Notes: generated by a model not told the origin, from the sequence alone. A stretch of DNA of 64,000 bases from Bigelowiella natans CCMP2755 (GCA_000320545.1 ADNK01000140.1:62001-126000), one strand, 5' to 3'; numbered from the stretch's first letter, positions 48,723 to 62,661 are shown. Translations and numbers: made by a program.

Positions 48723-50711
48723 ATCTCTTTCTGCAGGCTCTTGACTTGTGGGATTTCTATTTCCTGCACGGACCGAACGTGCTTTTTACAATTGGTATCG
48801 GACTACTCCGTTTCCACAAAGAACGCCTTATCCGGGTATGATATGATATGCTGATCATCCATTTTTCCACTGTATTTGCCCAAGCGAGAAGAGCAACATC
48901 CTTCTCGATTCACAAGTATGCGAGTAGAGAAATTGTCACTGAATTCTTGGTTGTTTCCGGTCTGATACCACCGCTGCTCCTACTGTATCGTAGGCGGGCA
49001 GAGACGATTTGCTTGATTTCATCCTTCACAACATCACGGAGGGCGTGGATATCAGGGACCTTTTGATTCACGCTGATATGCTGCAGGTAGGAAATGAAGC
49101 AAAAACATCGGCCGGGAAAGCCTCGTTGTGATGCTACCGTGGAAAGTGTCGCGTGTAGAATAAAGCATTATTGATCGTTCAAGATTGTGATCATCGCCAA
49201 CACCATGAAAAAAAAGTAGTCTTTTTTGTGAACGAACTAATTTTGTCGCTCGCAATTTTGTCAGATGGACAAATGGGTAAAGACGTTGCAAAAATCGTAC
49301 GAGAAGGACATCGTGCGCCAACACTCGAAACTCAGCTTCGGGCTATGCGAGCAGCTGGCCCGACAGGCTGGAATTGGGGATGATAAGACCGATTTTGTGC
49401 AGAAAATCTGGTATGTGCGTTTGTGCGAGCGTGCAATACATTGGATTTTGTGACATTTTTTTCTGTGAATGAGATCCTTATCATTCTACACTGTTAGAAA
49501 CTCTTACCATGCAAAATATCATTTGTCACACATTTTGTTGTGTTGTGTGGTATGACTTCTATACTGTTGAGGCATGCTGTGTTGTTGTTCTCATCATACT
49601 TTCAAACTTGTTTATAGGTCGAATTTCCTTGAGCCAGAGCCACGGCTCACGTTGTTTAAGTCCGTGGTCACAGATCTAGGAAATTTTTCCCGGGCTTTCT
49701 GCGAAAGCGTGTTGTCAAACAAGGTGGGGTGAAGCGAAATAAGTGACGATGACAGCACGCAATGATCTTAATTTCTCTTCCTGTTTCATTTCCATCTATT
49801 TTAGAATAAAGCCTGGGACCATGCACTCATTAGTGGTGTAGTGCACCGACTCTTCGATATGATGGACATTTTCAATTGCAACAGCATAAGGTAAGTATGT
49901 TGTTGAGTAATAGTGATGACGATGAGAAGGTTGTGTGTCGCCGATCTAAAAAATTCATGAATTTGAATACTCTTTTTTATGCTAGGTTCATCGACTTCCT
50001 CAAAGTAATAGCCGTGCTGAAACTTGGAACTAATGGACAGGTAGTGAAAGCCCTTCCTACCCCTCTGTATATATTCCAAGAAGTTTCTTTTGTGGATATC
50101 AAATAAATTCAGGAGCTGGTGACTAATGTACATTTTTTATTCAGAAAATGAAACTTTGCTTCGACTTCTTCGACAAAAAGCAACGTGGTTACGTGAGCGG
50201 TGATGTTTTAGTGGAGACTCTGGGCATGTTTCACATGATGTATGGAATGCCAGCATCCAAGAAGGCTGCACAGCAGTCTGGCAGTGGAGAATACAGCAAC
50301 AACAGCGATACTCCTTTCCCCCCCTCTTCATCCGTGCGACATCACGAGCCGAGTCACTCAGTCTTAGCGGATCCGGAAACCTTTGCACTGATGATGTTTG
50401 AAAAGCTTCGCAAAATGGTGCGACCAGCCAAGATTGAACAAAAGTTCATTGCAACGACGACTAGCCGCCCGTGCACGATGTGCAAAAAGCAGTGCAAACG
50501 GATCTGTAAGGCTGTTTTCGCGCCCACGTGCGGGTCAGAATGCTGTGACTTATTCATCAAGAGCACAAAGAGGCAGCTTGGGAAGAAGGGAAGCATTGAC
50601 GGCCAGCTGTCGTTTGAGCCTTTTTCAGCCGTAATCTGCACCCACCCAATGGTGCAGAGTTTTTTCTCCCTAGAGGATCCAAGCCTTGTGTTTCGAAGAA
50701 AGGGTGATTGA
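43914..50711 (+). CDS. Three MSP (VAP-type) domains fused to a TBC Rab-GAP domain and an EF-hand-like C-terminus
   Basis: MSP motifs RFRVRTNSPDNHFIKPKFGVL, AFKIKTNAPNHHLVVPHCGFIAPG and AFRVSVSKKYVIVHPSEGFI; TBC IPMPLRAKIWSVSSGA, IRQDIRRS, GYCQ|GMNVI, EEDAFWLL, SQWMLCLF, LWDFYFLHG; C-terminal FIDFLKVIAVL and KLCFDFFDKKQRGYVS. Confidence 0.8.
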
Positions 50712-51076
50712 GAAACAATTGTAGTTATAATAGTGTAAATTATAATAGGAGTAAAAGTAGCATAATCTGAATGAATCGAGCCTTCGGTTTGATTTTTACG
50801 AGAATTGTCATTCACACGTATTAGTCTCTTCATTCATTCAGTCACATGAATAGCCTTTCAGCGCATCGCACTGCATGCAAAGTATATTGTGGTAAATTTG
50901 CACACTTACTTTTGTACAAAGTACACACCCGATATCTGCCACCACTACTAGCGCAAGCGTTTATTACGTCGAAAATCCAAATTTCAATGCAAGAAATTTT
51001 GCACGGCTTTATTAGGGCTTGCTAGCTTAGGCCTTTTCCTTTTCTACTTTTGATTGCTACATAGCAACTGAATATT

Positions 51077-51118
51077 AGACGGGTGTAATGAATAAGTTAA
51101 AATGTGCTCAATTGTCAT
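51077..51118 (+). repeat. Copy of the ~42-bp dispersed intergenic repeat
   Basis: agacgggtgtaatgaataagttaaaatgtgctcaattgtcat compared with 33782-33822 agacgggtgtaattaatcaattaaatttgttcaatggtcat. Confidence 0.65.
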
Positions 51119-52594
51119 ACCAAAGCACGTCTGCTCGTTGAAACAACGTAACTCTTGACTGTACCTTGCTGGTGGATAGCTTGCCTGTTCTTCAAGTGTT
51201 ATTTGTGTACGTCAAACCGCATGGCGCAGCTAGCGCATTCTAGCATTGCTACATGCAGTTGCAATTGCCATGCACACGGACATCTGTCATGGGCTAGCTT
51301 GTGATGACAAGACTAAGCACGCATATAATATATGTGTGTAAGAATTTTCTAGCGGCGGGGGCCGGGGGCCTTGTTCTGGCTGGCCTTCTTGTTCTGGTCT
51401 ATACTAGAACACTACCCAACTAATGATAATGAATCACTGCCGATGCAAGACAACATCACAACACATACCACATCTATGGACACAACATCGCGCGTCTTCA
51501 CTGTGAAGGAAGCCCGTGCAGCACGGAAATTATGCAATGAGTGCGGACGTGTGACGACGATATATTTATCGCATTGTTTAGAAAGCAGGCAACGTGGTGC
51601 ATTAGGCATTCGCATCGGTTCATTAAACCTGCTCGATTTGTCGATACTGTCACGGATCGCGAATTTCTAAATGGCTCAGCACTGACTTTCTCGCTGGTGA
51701 CTTGTGTTCATCACACGGCGAAACTTTGAAAGTCCATCGTAATGTTTTTTTGCGCTTCATGTTCACCAAATTGTGCTGCTTGTGAAGAGTGTAAAGCGGT
51801 GGATCGATCCTATCTAGATTTAAATGTATCTAGTATTCCAAAGGGAGGACCTCTCCACCACTACCCTCAGCCTCCACCACCTCCTCCTCCAAATCTGAAG
51901 CAAAAGATAAAATAATTGAGACATTTCCTACAGCCGAATTTGGCTATTCTGTTTTGACCTTCCGTGCCGAGATCTAACGTCTGGGCGAAATCTTGACGTT
52001 GCGGAATCTATATTTTCACCTTGGACCCAAGTAGCTAAAAAGATATACGATGAATGACAAGTAGGAGTTTCTAGGGAATAAATAAGCTACAAGAACATAC
52101 CATCAGGATCGAATCTGCGCTTGTCCTTCCTCCTTTTCTTCGCACGGTCCTCATTCACTTTCTTTTTCTTTGCAGGCTTCAAATATTACATGTCTCAGAT
52201 TAATTGACGTGTATTTAAAGAGTGCATTCACATTTTTTTTGGCTTCCTCCCTCAGTCGCTGCACTTGGCGCTCTCGGGCTAGCTTAAGCTGCGAATCCAG
52301 CTCCTCATCTCTTCCTACCACTTTTTTCGAATAATAGTGGAATTGAGTTCATGACGTATGCCACAACCAACCACCTCATACCTTTGTATTGTGATGCTTT
52401 CCAATTTTGGTAACCGAAAATTCCCATGGCAATCCCGAACAATACCAACCATCCATACTCCCAGACAGCAGAGACGCCCTCAATCAGAAATCTTGGAATC
52501 TGACGTGAGTATATGACATCATGAAGCGGCGAAAGTATTTTCGAAGTAACTCCCTCTTACCGGAGGATCCCCCCCTTGATCTCCCATAGGAAGG

Positions 52595-54454
52595 ATGGGT
52601 GAGTTGAGCTCTAGAAGCTTGGTTCTTCTTCTTCTTCCTCTTCTTGGTTTCTGATGAGTAATGGATGATGATGATGAAGATGATGATGACCACTGGTTTA
52701 ATTACTACGACTACTACACAACACTTTTACAACACTTTTTCGACGACACTTAAGCAACTACAATTGGCGTTAAACCCGTGTCGCATCCTGTAAATCCATG
52801 CTATTTTCTCGTTCTCGAAGTTTCGAATGGATACAAACCAATTTTTGCCACACCCAACGGACACCTTCCTGCGAGTTCCGGCGTGGCCCCTGTCATGGAG
52901 TCCCTCTCCATGGGGGCAACCAAGGTAGTAGTCACTCGAGGCAATTTACATGCAAATCAGTGACTTCAACATTTCTTATCTTAAATTCAAAAGCACACAT
53001 ACATGGCACACATCAATGATAACAATTTCTAGGTAATCCTACTTGCGAATTTTGCCATTGCTTCTTCCCTGGATGGAGGCATGTTAGGAACTTCTGAAGG
53101 TGTGCACCAATCCTAAACATTATGTGGACCATTCTCTTCGAATTAAATTAACCTTATTGACCACAGATTTGCATCCATTCTGGGGTTCAAAAACTCCATA
53201 CTTGCTAAGTCACAAGCTGTTAAGAGAGGCATATAGGAAGGGACTTGATATCCCACAACGTTCCACCCAATGTAAATTTGAAGCAACCTTCCAGGAGGCT
53301 GCTGCTACTGAGGTATTAGGTTTTTGGGGTGTTTTCCGGCATGGATCAAGGTGCCCAACAGTAAAGAGGATGCGAGCCATCCGAAGAATAGAAAGCATGC
53401 TCGAAACAGAAGCAAAGAGAGAGGAGCAGACCGATAGCGACGATGGGGAAAAAAAGAAGAAGAAAGGGGATACGAAGACAGGATTTCATCGGAGTGCTCA
53501 AAACAATGAGAGTTTGAGTGAAACTGAGTGCCAGACAGAGGACAACGCGGTAATCTCCTTCATCATCGTTTGTTTTATTTTGAATTATAAGCAGGAGCTA
53601 GTCTTAGCTGCATAGTATATTGAAATAATGCCATTGAAAGAACACACTCTTCACCATGTGAGTCCCTTACTTTAAATCGAATATACACGTATTTTAATAC
53701 ATTAATATGAAAAAGTGTATGTATGGACTACATCTCGATCAGGGTATGCTAACGTTTAAGGGGAAACAGGAGATGTTTGACCTTGGGAAACGGCTTCGTA
53801 ATCGGCTACCTAGCCTCTTCTCGACCAATGATAGCGGATACTATTCACCTGAACACTTTCAAATACGAGCTACGCAGAAACAGCGGGCACTGCAGAGTGC
53901 GGTAGTAGTAGTAGTAGTAGTAGTAGCAGCAGCAGTAGCAGCAGCAGTAGTTGTCTACGCACACAAGAACATAATTTAGCGCTAGTTGATTCATCCTTCT
54001 CAAATTATTGTGGCTTGCTGTAGTTGTAGTAGTATCTGCAGGAATTGACACCCCCCCCCCTCTATTAATTGCTGACTTATCAGTCCGCATTCACGATGGG
54101 TTTGTTTGGGGGAGTACAGCAGCAGCAGCAGGGGAATCTAAGTGATAACCCAAAATCACAGGTAGATCTCTTTATTTCTTCGTTTGCATTATTTCTACTT
54201 CCGTTTTGTAGTGATAATGATGATGATTATAATGATGATGGTGACGATGATGTTCAGATGTGTCTTTGTCCGCACCCTCACCTTTATTAATTTGAGGCTT
54301 CTGTGAATGCGGTAGTAATTCATGTGAAATGTCAATCCGTACGGTGTGTGTTGTAGAGTGTCGCGATCGACATGGAAGATAAGAAGGTTTTGTATTTCCA
54401 CAAGACGTGCAGAAGATACATGGAATATAAGGTGCTAGTGATGGAACTCTAGTC

Positions 54455-54520
<66 letters not shown>

Positions 54521-54590
54521 TTTCTAACTTAAAGTCGATGTTTATTTCATAAAACGAAGGTGTTTGGAACAACATTACACATTCTAATAC

Positions 54591-54629
<39 letters not shown>

Positions 54630-55548
54630 TTTATGATCATCATCAACAAATAAGCACTAGTTGTATCATTCATTCACTAACTCGACGACTGTCATTCTTG
54701 CTTGGATAGGCACGAGAACTCACAAATCCAAATTCGGAGCGATATAAATTCAATGCGACAAGAATTGCACCGATTGTAGCAAAGGTAAAAGGAAGGATCA
54801 GGCTTAAAGATGCTGCTAAGGAGTCCAATTTCACGGTACGACTTTTCTATCACTTGCTTTTGTTTCTTAACATGCTATCTGTGTTCTTCAAATGAATACG
54901 ATATCAGCCATCCTGCCTCTTGTCTATTTTTTGTTATCCTCCTCCTCCTCCTTCTTCACTTTTCCTGATTTTCTTTTCCACAGATGGCGGAGCTCTGGGC
55001 GGCGTGGTCCGGTTGCCAATTTGGAGATCGCTTCTTCTGCAGCTTATTCACGTACTTGCAAGAATGATAATGATGATGATGATAATGATGGTGATGATGA
55101 TGATGATGATGATGATGATGACGCTTCTCTTCCTTTCTCGTTAATTATTCGCAGCACAAGAAAATGTCGATAAGAGTTACTGGTGATCTTAACATTATTG
55201 TCTTCCAGGAGCGAAGAGGCGTTGTTAATGGAATACAGCGAGGACCTTGCCTCGTATTGGCAGAAAGGCTACGGGAATCCCCTCAACTCGCAAATGAGGT
55301 GATCTATCGAGCGCAAATGCTGCTTACTTCTAAATCGTAAATTACTACTGCGATTTATCTATCTTCCATCATTAAATACCTGATCGACATGCATTATTTC
55401 TCCTTTTCCGGAACGATTCTCTCCTTCTTATGTTGGTGGCCTCATGCCCTATTATTCTTCTTGCAGTTGCTTGCTCATGAAGGATCTTATATTATCTCTC
55501 GAAGAGGCTTCTATGCGAAACAGCAGAAGAGAGGGTAATAGCAGAATG

Positions 55549-55587
<39 letters not shown>

Positions 55588-56428
55588 CCTAATCAATGCC
55601 ACTACGACTCATCAATCATCATCTTTATAATCCACATTATTTAGAAGCAGAAGTGCCCTTGGCGCGGCTATACTTTGCACATGCGGAAACACTCTACGCT
55701 CTACTTCCACTGCTGGAGATGTATAAAGATCCCGAGCCTCTCCGGAGTCAGCACAATCTAGAAAAGATCCGAAGGGTAAGTGTTATAATAGCTGTGCTGA
55801 TCTGTCATGCTTCAATTGAGGAGAAGTCTATTCATATTCAAAATGCGATCAATTATGTGTATATGGGTGCGGTGTTATTGTCTCTCTATAACTCCTTCAC
55901 TCCCTACCCATCCTCTAGCGCAAGTGGGACTCTTCAATGATGCCGTTTGCATCCAGCATTCAAATATATACCTTCAAGTGCGATGATGAACAAAGAGGGA
56001 GTAGTAGTAGTAGTAGTAGTAGGGGAGGAGCGCTCTGCGTCCGGTTGCTTCACAATGAGATTCCAATACACTTCCCATGGTGTACGACGAAGGGTATGGA
56101 GAGGGAGACAACACCATCATCTGGATGCTGCTGTGACTGTAAATTAGAAAATTTTGTGGATTTCTTACGACAGAAGATAGGAGACTGCTCGTTCGAAAAG
56201 GTATGCAACGGTGGTGTTGGGGAGCAGAAAGAACAGCACCAAGAACAAGGGGCACAGCTGTTACATCTGCTGCATCAAATACCGATGCAGCCAACGCAAT
56301 TGTTTGGAAATCTCCTTTTTTGCTCTAGTTGGATCGAGTCTTTCATATTATTGGGCTTCATATTTGGCTATCTGTGTTTATTAATCTTGACTGTAGCACG
56401 AATGAAATTTTGCGCGACTACTTTATAA
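52595..56428 (+). CDS. MINPP1: Multiple inositol polyphosphate phosphatase-like histidine acid phosphatase, spliced
   Basis: FWGSKTPY; catalytic FRHGSRCPT; LTFKGKQEMFDLGKRL; IRATQKQRALQSA; LYFAHAETL; MPFASSI; VRLLHNE; C-terminal hydrophobic helix. Start uncertain. Confidence 0.85.
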
Positions 56429-57662
56429 CATTATCACCGCTGTAATTTCGTGTGAAAACAACCACGCCTTGAAATATAATTTGGGCTACTGATAGGTTAT
56501 AATCATTCATTCTGCTCTATCTATATCGGTGCGATTCATTGAACTTATTTATCTATGCTTCACCAGTGAGCACATACATACATAACATTTATAAGAGTTC
56601 AGCAAGCCACCAGGTGAAGTAGGTGCATGTGACAACGCGTAGGAAACATGCTAGCATGTACGACGAGGACAACAACTTATCCTCATCGTCACAGAACACT
56701 GTTCGTTGCGCATGCCATGCACAGTTCACATAATGCCTTGCGTGCATGGCAGGCGTATAAGTTGCTTGCCCTGTAGCACTAGAGCAAGCGAATTATGCGG
56801 GCTGGCGGAGGTTAGTTAGTGCGATATATTCTAACATAGCATCGCAACATAGTTCCTGCGATCGCTGCCCTGGCTAGCTATGGCAACGCTACGTGACGTC
56901 AAGTGTTTGCTGCATTAATTGTACTTATCTAGCCATACTACTTTCTGAGTTTTGTGCGGCTACGCTGCGCGCCATGCTACATGATCTAGATGATGTGGTG
57001 CACATGGCCCGGCACTATGTGCACGCTATACCATGATGACATTTGGCACATGTGCAAGGTCCCGTTACTAGCTAGCTGCGATGGCTACCAGTTAGACACG
57101 TCTAGATGTCTATCGCAAAGCAGGAATAAATGTTTCAGCACACTGCTTTCGAAAAAGTAAGTGACAGTCTCTATATTTCATATGATCATTCATTACATTG
57201 TCCGATCGCCCGCACTCACGCTACGAATGTTGCCTGCAGTGGCACCGACGACGAATCTGTGTTGAACGACTGTACTTATTTATTAGTGCATGTTTTTGGT
57301 TCGCTTGTGCTTAATTGCTCAAATTGTAGCAATGCTGCAATACATGCTATTCTTCTTGCGGAGATCTAATAATCAAAGCAGCTTCAATGCTATTCTGCAG
57401 CACACGCAAGCATATAGCAGGTTGTAATTTAAATACACAAGTTTTCAAGGCAAGGAACTATTCAGTACGCCGGCGGATTATGAAGGGTGTGGTGTGTGCA
57501 AAACTCGGCTCCGACATGTCTAGATGTGAATGCAATTTTTATTACCTTAAATAAATCTTTTAATTACATCATATTAAAAAATTCCTATATGCGTTGATAT
57601 ATGTTGAAGTACCTCCTCATCACAAATAAAGGATCAGATGATTCTAGTGAACGAAAATTTAA

Positions 57663-60208
57663 TCATACTAATTTTCTCCTTAGACTTTCTTCGCCTAACA
57701 AGCTCTTTCCGCGATTTTTCACTCCAATCGACAAGCTATTTGGTTGTTCTTCCTCGGTCAACGAAGATTCTAGTTCCTCTATCTTAATCCCAGGACAAAT
57801 GTGTAATATCATATATGTTTGATGTACATACTTTATCCTCAGTGTTATAATTGAGTTGTTTAAAATAAGTAGTATCTTTATTCAGTGGTATTTGATTCTA
57901 CAATGGTTTGAATTCTGTGATTGATTTTACTATTGTCCTTGCGTGATGGGGCTTGACGTTAGGAAAATCCTCGCGGAAGTCTTTAAGTTCACCAATATAT
58001 GATACAAGGGAGGCACCATCAACCTCAATTTCGATAAAGAGGTCAGCGATACGTTTCCACACCTCATTCGTGCCTCTTGCTCGGATAAAAGATCCCACTT
58101 CTACCACGGACCAATCCTTCATATCTTTCTTCTCCCAAGAGGAACCCTGATCATTCTCATCTTCAATGGAAATCATTTTGGTACCATACTGATCATTCCC
58201 ATTCCCATCTTCATTGGAAAACGCTTTGGAGGGGTGCAGATCTGTTAGACTTACACCCTGGAATGAGTCCTTCGAGGCTTGAGACGAAGCTATCGGGGTA
58301 CTTTTGCCTGAGTTCACAGTTGTCGCTAGGCTTCGGTTACCTCCATTGCTACTGCTTCCAGTAATCGAAGTTGGAATAGAAGATGCTCCATGCCACATTT
58401 TCCTTTCACCTCTCCACTCGTCAATTTGACTTCTGAGACTATGATTAGGAGTGTGCAGACTCTTGTCTCTGAGAATCTCCGTACTGAGGGGATTTCTGGA
58501 AAATCTGTCGCTTCTCTCAAGCCCCTTCTCAATCTCGATTCGTTCTGTATGTGAGTCTACTGGATTCCCTCTATCTAGTACCTTCGCTGGCAACGTCACT
58601 TGACTCTCCATATTGGTTCTTCCACTTTGTAAGTTTTGGTTTTGCTGATAATATCGATTTATTTCACGAGTGTCGTTCTTCGAATCTCGGAGGCCCTCGA
58701 CTAGGTGCCCGACATAGTTATTGGTAGGTTGTTTCTGCTGTTCGTAAGGATTATATTCACTTCCATGATTGCCCGAGGATGGGAGTCGAGGTAATTTTGA
58801 GGTAGTCCCAAGCCACTTATCAACCTCCTAATTATTTAGATGATGATGACAGATAAATTTGTAGTTAAGTTCACTGTGAGCAAAGAGTGAAGCTAATAAA
58901 GGTTGTTCATTCCATAGAAGTACATTATATTCATTCAAATTAAATCGCATCTTATTTTATCCTATTATTACTTGGACATTTCCTGCTGGCGTCTCCGGTT
59001 TCAACCAGGTGCCACGTTCTCCTGTTTTGTTAGAAAATATGATCATATTCACAATAAATATTTCTTCAAATCATTTCAGAATTACCTCGATTATCTTCTT
59101 CTTGTGATACTGCAGCAAATGGTGCATTGTGGGTGTTTTGCACGTTGTAGCTTGGCTGAATGGGACCGTGATTGTTCTGCACATTTTGCTGCTGCTGCTG
59201 CTCGGTAGTAGGCTTCTGATAAAATACCCGTGAGATCTTAGAAGCAAGGGCATGTTCTTCTTCTCTAGAAAATCCTTGTTTCTGGTCAATAATTTGCTTT
59301 TCATCACTCTTTGACTTACGAGAAATCTTCTCTTGGAGTTCTTCATAATTATTGGTCCCCTCTGCGTACTTCTCGTACTCAGTTATTGGAATATCAATAT
59401 GTTGGAAATGGCAATTGGCATCCGAACGACTGCAATATCCATTGTTATAATTTATACAAACTCCTTCTTTTCCAGGAGCTAGCCAGGCATGGAGATAGTT
59501 ACAGCTGGAGCTATAGCATGCCAAACCTCTCTCCCATTTATCGCAGATTTTATACTTTTTATGGGGTTTCCTTCCTTCATCATCTCCTGCTGCTATATGG
59601 TCAATCCCAGCAATACATGCCATCTCATCAACGGTATGAAAATCCGTTGTGTCCCCAGGAAATTTAGTTTTATAAATTTTTCTTACAAGGTCTTCGTAAT
59701 TTTTTGTCCCCTTCGCAAGGGACTCATACTCCTCAATCTTGATATCCAAATGTTGGAAAAAGCAAGACTTGTAGTAGCATTGACCCTTCAAATACTTAAA
59801 GCATAGTGATTTTTTAATTGGATTTTTCCAGGCATGGAGGAAAGTACAATTTGTTCTTGAGCACTCCCCTGTTGCCCAATCTTTACATAGATCAATTTTT
59901 CTTTTGATATTATCTTCTTGAAATAGATCATCCCATGATGAATGAAACTTTTTCTCTATTTTAGCCTTTAAATTATCAAAACTTCGAGTTGAATAAGATA
60001 ATCTTTCATAATCACTGATAGTTAGACAGGGTGGAATGTGCATATATTCGCATTCCTGGTTGGTATTGTGACATTTCCCCACCAAAGCATATTGACAGAT
60101 GCCTCTCTTTATAGGCATAATATGTGCGTGTAGATAGGTGCATTCTTTTCCTTTTGGACAAGATCTATTTAGTTTCCAGGTTCTACAGACTTTAGATTTA
60201 GTTTCCAT
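57663..60208 (-). CDS. Protein with six CCCH zinc fingers and a C-terminal SAM domain
   Basis: Exon 59066-60208 has six C-x7/8-C-x4/6-C-x3-H fingers. The next exon (~57900-58830) ends in WSVVEVGSFI...IADLFIEIEVDGASL...DF..VKPHHARTIVKSI, a SAM signature. A possible last exon ends at 57663. Confidence 0.8.
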
Positions 60209-60554
60209 GTGCCTTAAATTTGGGGGGGTGATCGGGTTCTCGATCGGGCAGAAGAGGTCGTCTTCGTAAAGAGACGGGATTTCTTACCTCCTTTTCTAGC
60301 TCGCATACGAATTTAAATGATTGTCGCGTGTCTCAAATCCATGCAATTTATTCACTTTCTTTTCAACCGCAGCCCTAAACAAAACATCCCTTCTCCCGCA
60401 TCATTTGTGCCAAATTCGTGCCTTCTTCTATCATGCGTCGAAAAATTTAGCAAGTCTTAGCCTGATTTCGGGTGATCAGTGCGTTCAACCATCCTGTGGA
60501 CCTAAGACACAATAAGCGGCAATTGAACTGAAGCTAAAACTCCGAACGTCGCGT

Positions 60555-62023
60555 ATGGACGAAGAAGTCTTGATGGTGCAGGCAACCATACCAAAGTGAG
60601 AGGAAAGCAGAAGGTTATGACGTCATTAAAAGAACAGAACGAACCAGAGGTCAGCCGATGATACCTATGTGACATAAAATCATCTCTAACCGACCAACTA
60701 TTTGTTGCCAGGTTCCGCCAGCTTTCGTCGTTATCGTAAGCGGCACTGAGGGCGAATACTCCGCTGCCAATGGTTCCTATGTTGCTAGAGCGATGTGGGA
60801 AGGGCTTCCTGCATATTTCCATACCGAGGTATTTGTTCAATCTCAAATTCCTCTCTTCCTCGCTAGACTGAGAATCCCTTTGGCTCGGATTTTCGACGGT
60901 AGATGATGTATTGGGTGTATATTAGAACTCCGAGGCCTCGATACGATGGTATGGCAAGAAGAGTGCTTGGGTGATTATGATGAAGGATGGGCCAAGATTT
61001 GCATCTGGTAGTAGCAGTATTCTAAACGGTTTCATAATCGAGAACTAAACGTTGGCAATTCAGGTGGAGTTGCTGGTGACCCAAGCATGTGCAAGGTAAA
61101 CTCCAGCTTAAATTATGATACACTTTCTATTAAAGAATATCAAAATTAGGAGGGATCATGGATGCAACTCATGTCAAACAAAAAATGGGAAAAGGTCATG
61201 CCGTTTTCATTCCATGAAGATATACCTCTAATTTTCAATTCATTGATACAGAACAAAGAGTTGAAAGTCAGAATAGCTAGCAAAGAAGAGCTGGAAGATG
61301 TTGAATTCGCAGAGACTCTAGCCACTCAAAATGATAAGGAAGAGCAGGTTGCCTGATCCTATGTGAAAAGTACAAAGTGGGAATTAATTCCGATTCTGCT
61401 AAGGGCGAATTGAAGTCTACCGATGGGAGCATGGCAAATGCATATGCTGACGTGATGAAGCAGGCGGATCAGGGTAAGTTGAAAAAAATATAATTTCCTT
61501 GTCGTATAGTCTTCACGTCCCCCCGTTCATTCTGTTGAACCATCGATCTTTTCAATGACGATACACAATCAAGCGTGATTAATTGCCTACACGTCCATGA
61601 AGGAGAATCATTGCCAATCGGAGAAAATCCTAGAACAAACCCTATTTTCTACCTTAAAATGCTTCTCTATAGACATATGCTCAAATATCAACATACATGA
61701 CCAGACATGTCTAAAAGTAAGAAGCGGCGGAATCGCAAGAAGAAGCAAAGAATGAAGGTATTCTTTTGAACTATTTCCTGTTCTAGAGTTTTGACGATTA
61801 CTTATCCAGGAGGATAAGAAAAAGTCATCTACGCAAAAATTGCAGGTATCCATATGAAGCCATTACTAGTAGCAGTCTTTTTGATTTTTTTTTTTTAAAG
61901 GCACTCCTTTCTAAGGCCTCCATTACTTGTAAACCTGCACGCCAAGTTCCACAGCAAAACCCACGGTGTTTTGTTTGCCTTACAAGGCACGAATTTGGAA
62001 AATGCCCTGGGATGAGCAAATGA
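60555..62023 (+). CDS. Multi-exon gene of unknown function with a C-terminal CCHC-like knuckle
   Basis: Exons VPPAFVVIVSGTEGEYSAANGSYVARAMWEGLPAYFHTE|, NSEASIRWYGKKSAWVIMMKDG, EGSWMQLMSNKKWEK|, ... RCFVCLTRHEFGKCPGMSK* (TGA at 62021-62023). Start uncertain. Confidence 0.5.
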
Positions 62024-62619
62024 TTAAATGTAGTATCGCCGGAATGACGGCAGAATAATTTGTGAAATTATCTAATGAATAAGCTTTTCTTCGAAATGAT
62101 GCGATGTGACTACATGTACGTACATGCTAGCATGCATGCACTGCACGTGCGAGTCATGCATATGTGCTGCTTTACGTACGATGCGTTCAATGTCGTACCT
62201 CTGCATGTACTAGTGTAGACTACTACAAGGTAACTTGACACCTTGTCTATCACCTGGTGCGGCGAAACACTATGCGTGCTGTGGCCAGTCATGTACGTCT
62301 ACTAGATCGACGTACTTGCACGATGCAACGATATGACGATCACTATTAACTATACATGATAACTACATGCACATGCATGCATGCCTATCATACCGCACAT
62401 TATTATTCGCAAAGCTGCGGTATAGCAGCGACCGCGTTCTCACGCACTAGAAACATATAAACATGTGATGTCAAAGCTTATGTAAGTGATACAACTATCT
62501 CATGAACGTATCGTACTCTATATAGTACTGCTCGCAGTGCATGCACAGTCTATCGCACATCTAGCTGGAGATGTACGTGCTCCATGTAGTGTGCGATGAA
62601 ATACGTCATATATGTGTGT

Positions 62620-62661
<42 letters not shown>

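Noticed and set aside
2704-55173. ORFs with poly-S/T/H/D/V/CV/HT/LS runs
   Set aside because: Translations of intronic (TAG)n, (CAT)n, (CA)n and (GA)n microsatellites.
27990-56428. Calcium/inositol signalling gene cluster (calmodulin-like, pLGIC, EF-hand TBC, MINPP1)
   Set aside because: Genes are interspersed with unrelated loci in mixed orientation; no evidence beyond coincidence.
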